A stretch of DNA of 64,000 bases from a virus: positions 1 to 64,000 of the IMG/VR virus record IMGVR_UViG_3300025887_000011. One strand, 5' to 3'. Positions 1 to 9,293 of the stretch are shown here, piece after piece (positions within the stretch are counted from its first letter, which is position 1; each line of letters opens with the position of its first letter). The notes beneath the pieces were generated by a model that was not told where the DNA came from, made no database searches, and worked only from the letters and a program-made list of their open reading frames with translations. A program made the translations under genes and the position numbers.

Positions 1-164
1 ACATGCAAAACAATGCAGTAGACATAAATTTCAGTAATGTTTCTCCTTGGAAAGCCTCAAAAATAATGAAAGAATATAGAACCAGAGGAGAGTTTAAAGG
101 GGGCATAGGAATTTACAGATCATTCATCCATGTTGATACAAGGGGTGAGAATGCTAGTTGGTGA
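1..164 (+). CDS. Peptidase M15A (YcbK-like Zn peptidase, probable endolysin), 3' end only
   Basis: Frame 3 reads MQNNAVDINF...GGIGIYRSFIHVDTRGENASW*. AxD and GxGxY..FxHxDxR are M15A motifs. Runs off the window start; not in the ORF track. Confidence 0.8.
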   Translation, partial: MQNNAVDINFSNVSPWKASKIMKEYRTRGEFKGGIGIYRSFIHVDTRGENASW

Positions 165-166
165 TT

Positions 167-988
167 TTACGGCAGCAAGGCCTCTAAAGCTACGACTCTG
201 GCTTGCAATGCTTCTAAAGCTTCTGTCACGTTTAATCCAGAAACAGTAGAATCATTTCTGACATCTGTAGATGGTTGTTTAGGATAAGAAGCTAAAACCT
301 GCAAAGCTCCATTATTTTGTTGGCTTTTCAAGCATATAGCTATTGGTTGGGAGTAACCACTTGTAGGCTCTACTCCAGTAAGTTGTCCAAGACCATCAAC
401 ATAGAGTATCTCTCCTTCGTTGAAATCCTGCGTGTCTGCATGATCTAAAACACCAGCTGTAATTATATTACCAAAAGATCCTTGAGATATATCATCTTCA
501 GCCAAACCTATCGTAACATCTGTTAGTTGGTTAGACAAGCTAACATTAATAGCATTTTGCCCTACGTTGAAACTGTCATATTTAACTGGCTGACCCTTAA
601 GTAAGTTTTCGTCTGCTTTAATCCTAAAATGTAACTGATCAGCATGTATTACATTACTTGCGTCTGTTAGTGTTTTATTCGTGAACGAAATAGGACCATC
701 AGCAAGGTCAGTAACATCACTCATCAAATGAGTGTGTATGGCTGGAGCAAAATCACCAGAAACATTTATAGCATCTAAAGCTATTTGAGTAGCGGTGCTT
801 ATTGGTTTGTTGAGATCAGAAGTATTGTTGACGTTTTCAAGACCAGCAACATCAGCTTGAGTTAAAAGAACATCTCCAACTCTGCCAGCAACAGAAGTTA
901 CAGCGCTTTCAGCTACCTTATTAGTAACTTTCGCAGTTCTAATTGGGCTGTTTAAATTGGTTATTGTTACTGTGATTGGTTCAGCCAT
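167..988 (-). CDS. Virion fibre/decoration protein
   Basis: SVAGRVGDVLL..DV.GLENVNNTSDLNKPISTATQ.ALD is a common phage fibre shaft motif; C-terminal coiled coil (ALEALQARVVALE). Confidence 0.6.
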   Translation of the reverse strand: MAEPITVTITNLNSPIRTAKVTNKVAESAVTSVAGRVGDVLLTQADVAGLENVNNTSDLNKPISTATQIALDAINVSGDFAPAIHTHLMSDVTDLADGPISFTNKTLTDASNVIHADQLHFRIKADENLLKGQPVKYDSFNVGQNAINVSLSNQLTDVTIGLAEDDISQGSFGNIITAGVLDHADTQDFNEGEILYVDGLGQLTGVEPTSGYSQPIAICLKSQQNNGALQVLASYPKQPSTDVRNDSTVSGLNVTEALEALQARVVALEALLP

Positions 989-1332
989 TAGTCTGTTATG
1001 TGTCTGCTTGTTTTAAGATACATGGTTTCAGTATAATAGACTGCGCCACTAGGCTCTACGAACTTAATATCGTATTGCAAGCTATAATCAGCTGGTAATA
1101 CTAATGTTTCGGCTGGTGTAGCAGAAATGCCTACAATACCACTAGCGAAAGAGCCGCTATCAACAGCAAAAGACAAAAGTCCGCTGGCACCTGGTGACTC
1201 TTTTAAATCGCTACTAACGCCCCAACCACTTAGGTTTACAGCTATATCAGACTCATCCAAACAGGTAATAACTTGTTCAAAAGTGGAGCCTCTTTTGATT
1301 TCTGTTACAGTTTTTTCCAAATCACAAGACAT
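988..1332 (-). CDS. BppU-like/Ig-like fibre adaptor protein
   Basis: IKRGSTF...VNLSGW...YDIKF pattern; stop overlaps the start of the fibre gene. Confidence 0.5.
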   Translation of the reverse strand: MSCDLEKTVTEIKRGSTFEQVITCLDESDIAVNLSGWGVSSDLKESPGASGLLSFAVDSGSFASGIVGISATPAETLVLPADYSLQYDIKFVEPSGAVYYTETMYLKTSRHITD

Positions 1333-1381
1333 CTTATATGTTAATACACAAACCTGATTAAATTTTGCATAATTATATCAT

Positions 1382-2179
1382 TTACAGGTCATTAATCCAA
1401 TCAAAGCTTTGCTTAATCTGATCTGAGAACTCTCTACCCAAAACATCGTGCCAATCTGGCTTCAATGGCTTAACAACATTGCGGATCTTATGCTCACCAT
1501 AAGGCCAACCAAGCTCATGCTCATCTGTGTATTGCTCTACATTGAGCGGATTTACCTCAAATCTATCCATCTCTAAGTAGTCCCAGATTGCATTCATTGC
1601 TTCTACTGGGTTTGCTGTTAGATCTTCTGCATGAACAAAGTGAAGTTTATCCTTATGTCTCTTTACTGCATCATGAAGTCTCTCAACGGCAATGCCAAGT
1701 GGCGGCATTTGTAGCCATCCCTGTGATCTCTTCTCAACAGTTGTCCAGCTTTGGGGGTTTTGCTTCTCTACCCCAACAAACCTTGATGGATGTTTGATCC
1801 TCATCTTCTCAAAGCTAGATAGGATGCCACGAACATCTCTCACTGGCACTAATACCTTAGCATCTGGAAACACTTGAAACAATTGATCAAGATGCCCAAT
1901 CCATGATCTACACTTATCTACAACAACTGGTCTGTCAGTATCGCCATCAAATGCGCTTTTAATACCACCTCTAAGGAAATTGTGATATTGTCTTTCGCCG
2001 TCTAGTGGGTTTTTAAATGTTTTAAATTCCTCTGTTTCAAAGAAGTCTCTAGCAATGTAACCAATCTCATGAATGCCAGATGTGGCGGTGGCATGGACCT
2101 CAGGGTTTTGGGCTAGTAAGTTTTGTAGAAGAGTAGAGCAAGCTCTAGGAAGACCAGAAGTAAAATGAACTGTTTTCAT
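1382..2179 (-). CDS. Sulfotransferase (P-loop type)
   Basis: 5'-PAPS loop SGLPRACSTLL, VDKCRSW, 3'-PB motif VRDVRGILSS. Confidence 0.85.
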   Translation of the reverse strand: MKTVHFTSGLPRACSTLLQNLLAQNPEVHATATSGIHEIGYIARDFFETEEFKTFKNPLDGERQYHNFLRGGIKSAFDGDTDRPVVVDKCRSWIGHLDQLFQVFPDAKVLVPVRDVRGILSSFEKMRIKHPSRFVGVEKQNPQSWTTVEKRSQGWLQMPPLGIAVERLHDAVKRHKDKLHFVHAEDLTANPVEAMNAIWDYLEMDRFEVNPLNVEQYTDEHELGWPYGEHKIRNVVKPLKPDWHDVLGREFSDQIKQSFDWINDL

Positions 2180-2187
2180 ATATTAGT

Positions 2188-2215
2188 ATTATATATACTA
2201 ATAAAAAAAAGTCAA
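2188..2215 (-). promoter_or_regulatory. Sigma70-type promoter of the sulfotransferase gene
   Basis: TTGACT-16 nt-TATAAT, ending 8 nt before the ATG at 2179. Confidence 0.7.
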
Positions 2216-2221
2216 CAAAAA

Positions 2222-2854
2222 TTATGGTATATCAGGGTAGTTTGTCCAAGTGGATACTATGGCTGATGTGCCTTGTGTAATTTTCCAAGCAGCATCATAG
2301 CCAGTTGCATTCGGGCCTGTGTAGATATTAACAAGTGCGGTTGTTCCGTTTAATGCAGCGAATGCCCACGATGCAGCTGGTGTATTGGTATAAAGAGCGG
2401 TAATAGAAGAGCAAAAACCAAAAGCATAAGCTCCAATACTCGCAACACTATTTGGAACGACTAATGACGTAAAGCCAGTGCAATCATAAAACGCAAAATT
2501 TGCAATACTTGTTACACTATTTCCAATAGTTAATGTGCCAGTAAAGCCACAACTCCAAAACACATAATTTCCAATAGTCGTAACACTATCTGGAATGACC
2601 AAAGAACCAGTTAAGCCAGTGCAATTATTAAACGCATCAGTTCCAATACTCGTACAACTTGTGCCAATCTGTAATTGCTTTAAAGAGTCATCTAAATTCT
2701 TCCAGTTATCAGGAATAGCACCCATCACTTGATCAATAGTGCCTTGGGTATCATCCCAAACAATAGTCTGCGTTCCTATATTGCCAACACCTTCTTCTTG
2801 TAGGGTGAGTTCAGTTACGCCGTTGGTAGTTAGTCCTGTGTATAATTTGCTCAT
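2222..2854 (-). CDS. BspA-type (LRR_5) leucine-rich-repeat protein 1 (N-cap A, C-cap X)
   Basis: Repeats TGSLVIPDSVTTIGxxAFxxC; ends WTNYPDIP. Confidence 0.85.
   Translation of the reverse strand: MSKLYTGLTTNGVTELTLQEEGVGNIGTQTIVWDDTQGTIDQVMGAIPDNWKNLDDSLKQLQIGTSCTSIGTDAFNNCTGLTGSLVIPDSVTTIGNYVFWSCGFTGTLTIGNSVTSIANFAFYDCTGFTSLVVPNSVASIGAYAFGFCSSITALYTNTPAASWAFAALNGTTALVNIYTGPNATGYDAAWKITQGTSAIVSTWTNYPDIP
2724..2854 (-). repeat. 131-bp near-identical 5' segment shared by LRR genes 1 and 2 (second copy 3790-3920)
   Basis: Manual alignment gives 8 mismatches in 131 nt. Confidence 0.9.
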
Positions 2855-2858
2855 GTTT

Positions 2859-3920
2859 TTATAAATCGTAAACTACTGTCAACACTGGATTCGTTCCATA
2901 AGTGGCGGCATATCCTGTTGCTCCAGATGGAACATGAATCTCCGCTGGAGATACTGAGGTCATGTTATTGAAAGCAGTAGAGTTAATTGTTGGTGCTGTT
3001 GTCGCTAGAATGTTGGCAGATGTAATGGAAGAGCAACCACGAAAAGCATAAAACCCAATACTTGCAACACTATCAGGTATAGTTAACGAACCATTAAAGC
3101 TATTACAATCACGAAAAGCATAACCCCCAATAGTCGTAACACTATTCGGAATCACTAAGTCGCCAGTTAAGCCAGTGCAATAAGCAAAAGCACTAGTCCC
3201 AATACTCGTAACACTATTTCCAATAGTTAACGAACCAGTTAAGCCAGAGCAACTACGAAAAGAATAATTGCCAATAGTTACAACACCATTTCCAATAGTT
3301 AATGATGTGAAGCCGTTACAATTTTCAAAAGTGAAACTCGCAATATTTGTAACACTGTCTGGAATAACTAAATCTCCAGTGAAGCTTTCGCAACCACGGA
3401 AAGCATAATCTCCAATAATTTGCACAGTATTTGGAATTACTAATAAACCAGTTAAGCTTCCGCATTCATAAAAAGCCGATTGGCCAATACTTACTATACT
3501 ATTTCCAAGAGACAATGAGTTAGCAAGAACACAATAACCAAAAGCGTCACTCCCAATACTTGTAACTCCATCTCCTATTACTATCGCTCCATCTAATAAA
3601 CTTTCCGCATCACTACCCATGTAAAAAGCATAACTACCAATACTTGTAACACTATCTGGAATAACTAAATCTCCTGTAAGCCCATAACAATAAGCAAAAG
3701 AGTAATTTCCAATACTTGTGCATGAACTACCTATCTGTAATTTTTTTAAAGACTGGTCATTGTACTTCCAGTCATCAGGAATAGAGCCTATCACTTGATC
3801 AATAGTGCCTTGGGTATTATCCCAAACAATAGTTTGTGTTCCTATATTGCCAACACCTTCTTCTTGTAGAGTGAGTTCAATTACGCCGTTGGTAGTTAGT
3901 CCTGCGTATGCTTTGCTCAT
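2859..3920 (-). CDS. BspA-type LRR protein 2 (N-cap A, C-cap Y)
   Basis: About 10 LRR_5 repeats; ends EIHVPSGATGY...LTVVYDL. Confidence 0.85.
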   Translation of the reverse strand: MSKAYAGLTTNGVIELTLQEEGVGNIGTQTIVWDNTQGTIDQVIGSIPDDWKYNDQSLKKLQIGSSCTSIGNYSFAYCYGLTGDLVIPDSVTSIGSYAFYMGSDAESLLDGAIVIGDGVTSIGSDAFGYCVLANSLSLGNSIVSIGQSAFYECGSLTGLLVIPNTVQIIGDYAFRGCESFTGDLVIPDSVTNIASFTFENCNGFTSLTIGNGVVTIGNYSFRSCSGLTGSLTIGNSVTSIGTSAFAYCTGLTGDLVIPNSVTTIGGYAFRDCNSFNGSLTIPDSVASIGFYAFRGCSSITSANILATTAPTINSTAFNNMTSVSPAEIHVPSGATGYAATYGTNPVLTVVYDL

Positions 3921-4711
3921 TATGGTATGTTAGGGTAGTTAGTCCAGTCTATTACGGTGACATTAGATTTACCACCGACTGTTTGACCAGCGCCCAATGT
4001 CCAGCCATTGGCTACCGCATCTTTAGCATAGATGGTACTTAATCCAGAGGATAGAAATGCATTACTAGCAACGTTTGCTAGTGGCGGCGCTAGATATGCT
4101 GTATATAAGCCAATGCAATTCAAAAACGCATAACTACCAATACTTGTCACATTATTTGGAATAATTAATGAACCACTTAAGCCATTGCAACCACCAAAAG
4201 CATAATTCCCAATAGTCGTAACACTATTTCCAATGGTTAATGAAGTTAAGCCATAGCAACCATCAAACGCAAAAGACCCAATACTCGCAACACTATCTGG
4301 GATGACTAATGAACCAGTTAAGTCAAAGCAGAAGTAAAAAGAATAATCCCCAATACTCGTAACACTATTTCCAATGGTTAATGAAGTTACGCTGGTGCTA
4401 GCAAACGCATAACTTCCAATACTTGTAACACTATTTGGAATGACTAAGTCACCAGTTAAGGTAGAGCAATAACCAAAAGCATTACTTCCAATACTCGTAC
4501 AACTAGTGCCAATAACTAACCCCTTTGCAATACCACTAAAAACGTATTGACTTGCTGGTATATCGCCAACAATCTGCTCAACTACATTCGGTCCAGTATT
4601 CTTTGTAACAACAGTAGGAGTGCCAAGATTAGGCAACGTGCCTTCGTTGGCATCAAGCAAATTAAGCTCAACGACATTACCTGTCACATCTCCTTTGTAT
4701 GTTTTACTCAT
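3920..4711 (-). CDS. BspA-type LRR protein 3 (N-cap B, C-cap X)
   Basis: Starts MSKTYKGDVTGNVVELNL; LRR_5 repeats; ends WTNYPNIP. Confidence 0.85.
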   Translation of the reverse strand: MSKTYKGDVTGNVVELNLLDANEGTLPNLGTPTVVTKNTGPNVVEQIVGDIPASQYVFSGIAKGLVIGTSCTSIGSNAFGYCSTLTGDLVIPNSVTSIGSYAFASTSVTSLTIGNSVTSIGDYSFYFCFDLTGSLVIPDSVASIGSFAFDGCYGLTSLTIGNSVTTIGNYAFGGCNGLSGSLIIPNNVTSIGSYAFLNCIGLYTAYLAPPLANVASNAFLSSGLSTIYAKDAVANGWTLGAGQTVGGKSNVTVIDWTNYPNIP

Positions 4712-4712
4712 A

Positions 4713-5279
4713 TTACCAAGTGATCGCTTGTAGTTCTGCTAGTGTAGTTGCGGCGTCGATTGAGGTGTTTGCAGTCTTTTCTTTTGTAAATGCTTCTTTA
4801 AGGTGTGCTGTTACAGCATCAGATATACCAATAATGGCTGTAGCATCGATTGTAAGGAATGTACCATCACCAAGTTTCCAATCAGTAGCAAATGCGGCAT
4901 CTTCTTTAGCCAAGAATCTTGCTTGGTAAATTCTCTCTACTGTAAACCTATCAGTTCTTACTGATAGTCCATTTACATCAATACCACCTACTTCAAAATC
5001 ATATCTCTTACTGGCAAAGTGATCTCTTACGAATGCTTTTGCACCATCAATATCAGCACCAAACTCAGTAATTTGTGCTTCATATCTTTCTTGTTGTTTA
5101 GCTGCTCTGAATTCTTCCATTGTCAGTAGAACACCATCAACGATAAAGAATCTACCCTCACTAGCTTCTACTGTAGCTGCATCTGCATCAGAGATTTCGC
5201 TGTAGGTTTGACCGTCTGTTGGCTCTTCATCTACTATGTTAAAAATTGCTCCTCTTGGGCCTGTGATTGCGTATTTCAT
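4713..5279 (-). CDS. DUF4376-like tail-fibre-associated protein
   Basis: RYDFEVGGIDVNG..VRTD, WKLGDGTF, and C-terminal IDAATTLAELQAITW. Confidence 0.75.
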   Translation of the reverse strand: MKYAITGPRGAIFNIVDEEPTDGQTYSEISDADAATVEASEGRFFIVDGVLLTMEEFRAAKQQERYEAQITEFGADIDGAKAFVRDHFASKRYDFEVGGIDVNGLSVRTDRFTVERIYQARFLAKEDAAFATDWKLGDGTFLTIDATAIIGISDAVTAHLKEAFTKEKTANTSIDAATTLAELQAITW

Positions 5280-5300
5280 ATTATTATTTATTTAAAGTTT

Positions 5301-6494
5301 TTATAAGTCTTTTATTACTGTTAATCCATTCCATGTACTGCCAGCTACCCAAGAGCTTGCTGCGGGTACATGAATCTCTGTTGCATTATTTCCACCTGCA
5401 AATGGATTAACTGACGTTGGTGGTGGAGATGTCCTATAATATTCTATTCTTGTAAATGCACACCCATTGAACGCATTATTACCCACAGAAGAAGTAGTTG
5501 CTGGCAATACCAATGTACCAGTCATAGATGCGCAGAGATACAGCAAACCATTCGGTATTGCTGTAAGACCAGAACCTATGGTCACAGAAGTAAAATTATT
5601 ATTTCTAAAGCAAAATGTACCAATTATAGTTACCGTATCAGGTATATTGAGATTCCCAGTAAAACTACAATATTCAAAAGCTGCACCATTGATTGTTGTA
5701 ACATTGCTAGGTATAATCAAATTCCCAGTCATAGAGGTGCAGTTACTAAATATTCTAGCTCCAATGGTATTAAAGCTAGGATTTATAGGTAAAGTTAGGC
5801 TTGTTAAGCTAGAGCAACCCCTAAAAGCATTACCCCCAATACTTGTAACACTATCTGGGATAGTTAATGAGCCAGTTAAGCTATTGCAAAAACCAAAAGC
5901 ATAACTCCCAATACTTGTAACGCTATTTCCAATAGTTAATGAACCAGTGAAGCCAGTGCAACTATTAAAAGCGGCAAACCCAATAGTCGTAACACTATCT
6001 GGAATAGTTAATGAACCAGTAAAGCCAGAGCAAGAACGAAAAGCATAATTCCCAATACTTGTAACGCTATTTGGAATAATCAAGTCACCAGTTAAGCTAG
6101 CGGCTCCAATCGATTGGTCAAAAGCCTCATCTCCAATAGTTACAACACTATTTCCAAGTGTTAAAGAAGTTAAGTTACCGCAATAAGCAAAAGACCTATA
6201 GGATATACTCGTAACACTGTCTGGAATGACTAATGAACCAGTTAAGCCATCGCAAAGATAAAAAGCATTACTTCCAATACTTGTGCAACTTGTGCCAATT
6301 ACTAATCCTTTTAAATCAGCCCTAGCGTCATAAAACCCACTACTCTGAGTAATATCTCCGTTATGAACTACCCTGATTTCACCATTATTTATTCCACCAA
6401 GACCATAGGATGATGAGCCAATATTAGTCGCTCCAGCTTGTAAGTTAAGCTCGACTACATTGTTAGTTACGTCTCCTTTGAATGTTTGACTCAT
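5301..6494 (-). CDS. BspA-type LRR protein 4 (N-cap B, C-cap Y)
   Basis: Starts MSQTFKGDVTNNVVELNL; about 12 LRR repeats; ends EIHVPA...GLTVIKDL. Confidence 0.85.
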   Translation of the reverse strand: MSQTFKGDVTNNVVELNLQAGATNIGSSSYGLGGINNGEIRVVHNGDITQSSGFYDARADLKGLVIGTSCTSIGSNAFYLCDGLTGSLVIPDSVTSISYRSFAYCGNLTSLTLGNSVVTIGDEAFDQSIGAASLTGDLIIPNSVTSIGNYAFRSCSGFTGSLTIPDSVTTIGFAAFNSCTGFTGSLTIGNSVTSIGSYAFGFCNSLTGSLTIPDSVTSIGGNAFRGCSSLTSLTLPINPSFNTIGARIFSNCTSMTGNLIIPSNVTTINGAAFEYCSFTGNLNIPDTVTIIGTFCFRNNNFTSVTIGSGLTAIPNGLLYLCASMTGTLVLPATTSSVGNNAFNGCAFTRIEYYRTSPPPTSVNPFAGGNNATEIHVPAASSWVAGSTWNGLTVIKDL

Positions 6495-6497
6495 GGT

Positions 6498-7364
6498 TTA
6501 GGTTGCTTCGGTCTTATTGAGAGTTACCTCCCAAGATACCGAATCAGCACTATCACCAGTTACAATAAAGGTAAGTGCATTATTAGCCGCAGTTACTGTA
6601 ATGTCCCAAGCTATATCTTCTTCGGCGAAAACTGTTTTGGCTACAACGCCAACTAATGCGGCTGTTCCAGCATCGTTCTTAATGACACCCTCGATCTTAT
6701 AGCCAGCACTTTCAGTGGCAGATCTTGCGGCAACTAAAGCAGAGAATGTAATTGTTGAACCAGTAGCTACATCTACTCTATTCGGAGATGTTCCATCTAC
6801 AAAGATTTCTGTTGGAGTGGCATTTGCTGTAGTGCCTGAGAGTATACCTCCGCCTCCAGCAGCATTAATGATTGGGTTCTTTTGATCAGTGTTGTCGATT
6901 GTGACGTTTGTTCCGCCAACTACACTTTGCAAAGCATTATCTGCATTATCTAGCTGTGCTTGTGTAGCAAATTTGTTAGTTGTGGTAGCGTCAGAAATAT
7001 CATCAGCATCTAACACTACTGCACCTGTTTGAGTATTTACACTATCTACGGGTGCTGCTGGGGCTGTTGTTAAATACCCAGCATCATTTGTTAAAGTAGA
7101 AACATTATCCCCGCTTTGAAGTGCCGTGTCTGCCTTGTCTCCTTGAATTGAAGTAGCAAAATCTCCCGTGTTAGAAGCTGCCGCTGTGCCTAGTGTCGGT
7201 TTGTTGAGGATTTCACTTAAACCGCTAACGCTATTCCAGTCAGAGTTAGATGATTCTAATGCGGATATTCTAGTCTCAGAATCATTGACATTTAAATTGA
7301 TTATATCAACGCAGTCTTGGTGCGTCGATACTCCTGAAATTGGATTGAAAGGTGTTTGGGACAT
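6498..7364 (-). CDS. Fibre/spike protein, MSQxPF family member 1
   Basis: ILNKPTLGTAA, VSTLTNDAGYLT and SVNTQTGAVVL fibre motifs; beta-rich C-terminal domain. Confidence 0.65.
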   Translation of the reverse strand: MSQTPFNPISGVSTHQDCVDIINLNVNDSETRISALESSNSDWNSVSGLSEILNKPTLGTAAASNTGDFATSIQGDKADTALQSGDNVSTLTNDAGYLTTAPAAPVDSVNTQTGAVVLDADDISDATTTNKFATQAQLDNADNALQSVVGGTNVTIDNTDQKNPIINAAGGGGILSGTTANATPTEIFVDGTSPNRVDVATGSTITFSALVAARSATESAGYKIEGVIKNDAGTAALVGVVAKTVFAEEDIAWDITVTAANNALTFIVTGDSADSVSWEVTLNKTEAT

Positions 7365-7410
7365 TTTTTAAGTTTTTGTTATTTAATTTTATTAATTAAA
7401 GGTAGCTAAA

Positions 7411-8640
7411 TTAAAGTGATGTTATTGATGTGTCACTAACATAAACATATATAAGGCTTCCATCGTAATACCAACCAATAGTACAAACGTAACTTGCTGC
7501 TGGCATATCAGAAGCTATAACAGACAAGTCTCCAGATAGAGTTCTTAAGGAAGACCCTCCAAAAGCAAAAGGACTGACGCCTCCTTGTTGAACTAAAATC
7601 ATACCAGAATCTCCTTCTACAGCATTGCTAATAGATACACTAGTAACGTCCTCGGTGAGGCTGACTTTAATAGTTGAACCAAGATTATGATCCCATGTCA
7701 ACAACCCTCCTGATGATGTTACGACTTGTGGTGCCACACCACCAGAATTTGATTGCCATGTGCCAACTCCGTTCGCATCTGATGTTAGAACGTAGGTATC
7801 GGTTGCTCCTGTAGGCATTTTGAATCCTGCACCAACATTTAGGTTTGGAACGTATGTTGTATCCGCTGCATCTGTTGTGATATTCTGGCCACCTAAAATT
7901 ACTGAACGATGGTGGGTAGATTGAATTGTATTTGACTGCCCCCCCACAATAGCTGACTGGGTTGCGTTTTCAATGACTGAGGATTCCCCACCTAATGTAA
8001 GGCTGTGCTTTGCTACGGGATCTGTAGCGGGTGAGGTTGCAAGCCCTACCACATGATTAGCCCCCCCTACTGTATTGGTGAACTTTGTGTTTAGGGTAAC
8101 ATTTGTTCCACCAAATCCTTCTGACTCGTCTCCTCGGACAATTTGACTTGTCCCTCCAAAGGTTGAAGATTCGACTCCATTTGCTTGGTTTATTCTACCC
8201 CCAATAGTTACAGATCTATTACCCGCTGCTACGTTGGCTGTGCCTCCAATAGACGCACTGCTACTACCAGAGGCGGTATTGTTGTTTGCTGGAACTGTTG
8301 GATGCGCTGTGGCAATTCTCCCTACACTAATATCGTTTAGCGTGGTTGCTCCGTTAGTTGTTATACTTTCTAGCGTGGGGTCACTTGGCTGCAAGGCACT
8401 ATCAGCATTGTCCAACTGCGCTTGAGTTGCAAACTTATTAGTTGTGGTAGCGTCTGAAATATTATCAGCATCTAACACAACAACTCCTGTCTGAGCGTTT
8501 ACTGAAAATACCGCCCCACCACCAGAACCTGACTCCAATGCGGTCAGCCTAACTTCTGCATCATAAGCGTTTGCATTGTAAATATTTCTTGCTTCTAAGT
8601 GAGTAGATCCTTCTAATGGTATAAATGTTTCTTGTGGCAT
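7411..8640 (-). CDS. Fibre/spike protein, MSQxPF family member 2, with GGxxN beta-roll repeats
   Basis: SxxIGGxxN repeats resembling trimeric adhesin heads; YVLTSDANGVGTWQ motif. Confidence 0.65.
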   Translation of the reverse strand: MPQETFIPLEGSTHLEARNIYNANAYDAEVRLTALESGSGGGAVFSVNAQTGVVVLDADNISDATTTNKFATQAQLDNADSALQPSDPTLESITTNGATTLNDISVGRIATAHPTVPANNNTASGSSSASIGGTANVAAGNRSVTIGGRINQANGVESSTFGGTSQIVRGDESEGFGGTNVTLNTKFTNTVGGANHVVGLATSPATDPVAKHSLTLGGESSVIENATQSAIVGGQSNTIQSTHHRSVILGGQNITTDAADTTYVPNLNVGAGFKMPTGATDTYVLTSDANGVGTWQSNSGGVAPQVVTSSGGLLTWDHNLGSTIKVSLTEDVTSVSISNAVEGDSGMILVQQGGVSPFAFGGSSLRTLSGDLSVIASDMPAASYVCTIGWYYDGSLIYVYVSDTSITSL

Positions 8641-8644
8641 GTTG

Positions 8645-8737
8645 TTAAATTTTTATTGCTAGGTTTATGTATCTAATCCTTGATGATTTTTTCTGAGCTT
8701 CAGTAATTTGGTTTGGTTCTTCGTTTAATAAGCTCAT
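8645..8737 (-). other. 30-codon ORF MSLLNEEPNQITEAQKKSSRIRYINLAIKI, possible gene remnant
   Basis: AAAACATG start; fills the gap between two co-oriented genes; too short to assign. Confidence 0.3.
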
Positions 8738-8761
8738 GTTTTACATATTTCCTTTGGGTTT

Positions 8762-9184
8762 TTAAGCAGATTCCGATACATATAAAATATATTCAGCGCC
8801 GTCGTAATACCAACTTAAAGAACATATCCCAGTAGTAGGGACAATATTTACTATAGTCGCTATAGATCCAGAAAGAACCTTATTAGAAGTTGTCATAGAC
8901 CAAGACCCTGTTGAATCTTGCCTGATTGTAATTATACCAGCGTCACCAGCACTAGCTCCAGAGATGACTAAGTTGGTGTTTTCTGTCATTACCATTGTAG
9001 CATTATAACCAGATGAGACATCAAGGGTTGTAGTGTTTCCAGAAGAAGACAGAGTTTGTTGTGTGTAAATATTTTCTAAAGCAGAAAGTCTTGTTTCAGA
9101 ATCAGAAAAGTTTGCATTAAAAGCCGCCCTAGCATCAGAGTGGGTTGTAACGTTGGGTGTTGGCGCAAAAGGAATTTGTGACAT
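8762..9184 (-). CDS. Fibre/spike protein, MSQxPF family member 3 (N-terminal motif plus C-terminal domain only)
   Basis: Shares its N-terminus with 6498 and 7411, and its C-terminal WYYDG..YVS domain with 7411. Confidence 0.65.
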   Translation of the reverse strand: MSQIPFAPTPNVTTHSDARAAFNANFSDSETRLSALENIYTQQTLSSSGNTTTLDVSSGYNATMVMTENTNLVISGASAGDAGIITIRQDSTGSWSMTTSNKVLSGSIATIVNIVPTTGICSLSWYYDGAEYILYVSESA

Positions 9185-9293
9185 TTTATTTTAAAGTTGA
9201 TTTTTTGTTTTTCTTATTAAGTTATATTGCTAATTATTTTTACACTATAACTTTATTGTTTTTATTAAATTTTATTTATTTGTCTGTTCGTAG

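Noticed and set aside
2400-6300. CRISPR array suggested by recurring ~20-bp sequences at ~70-bp spacing
   Set aside because: They are in-frame LRR codon repeats within open reading frames, degenerate at third positions.
2222-9184. Invertase-driven shufflon
   Set aside because: All cassettes are co-oriented complete genes with their own starts; no inverted crossover sites or site-specific recombinase were seen.
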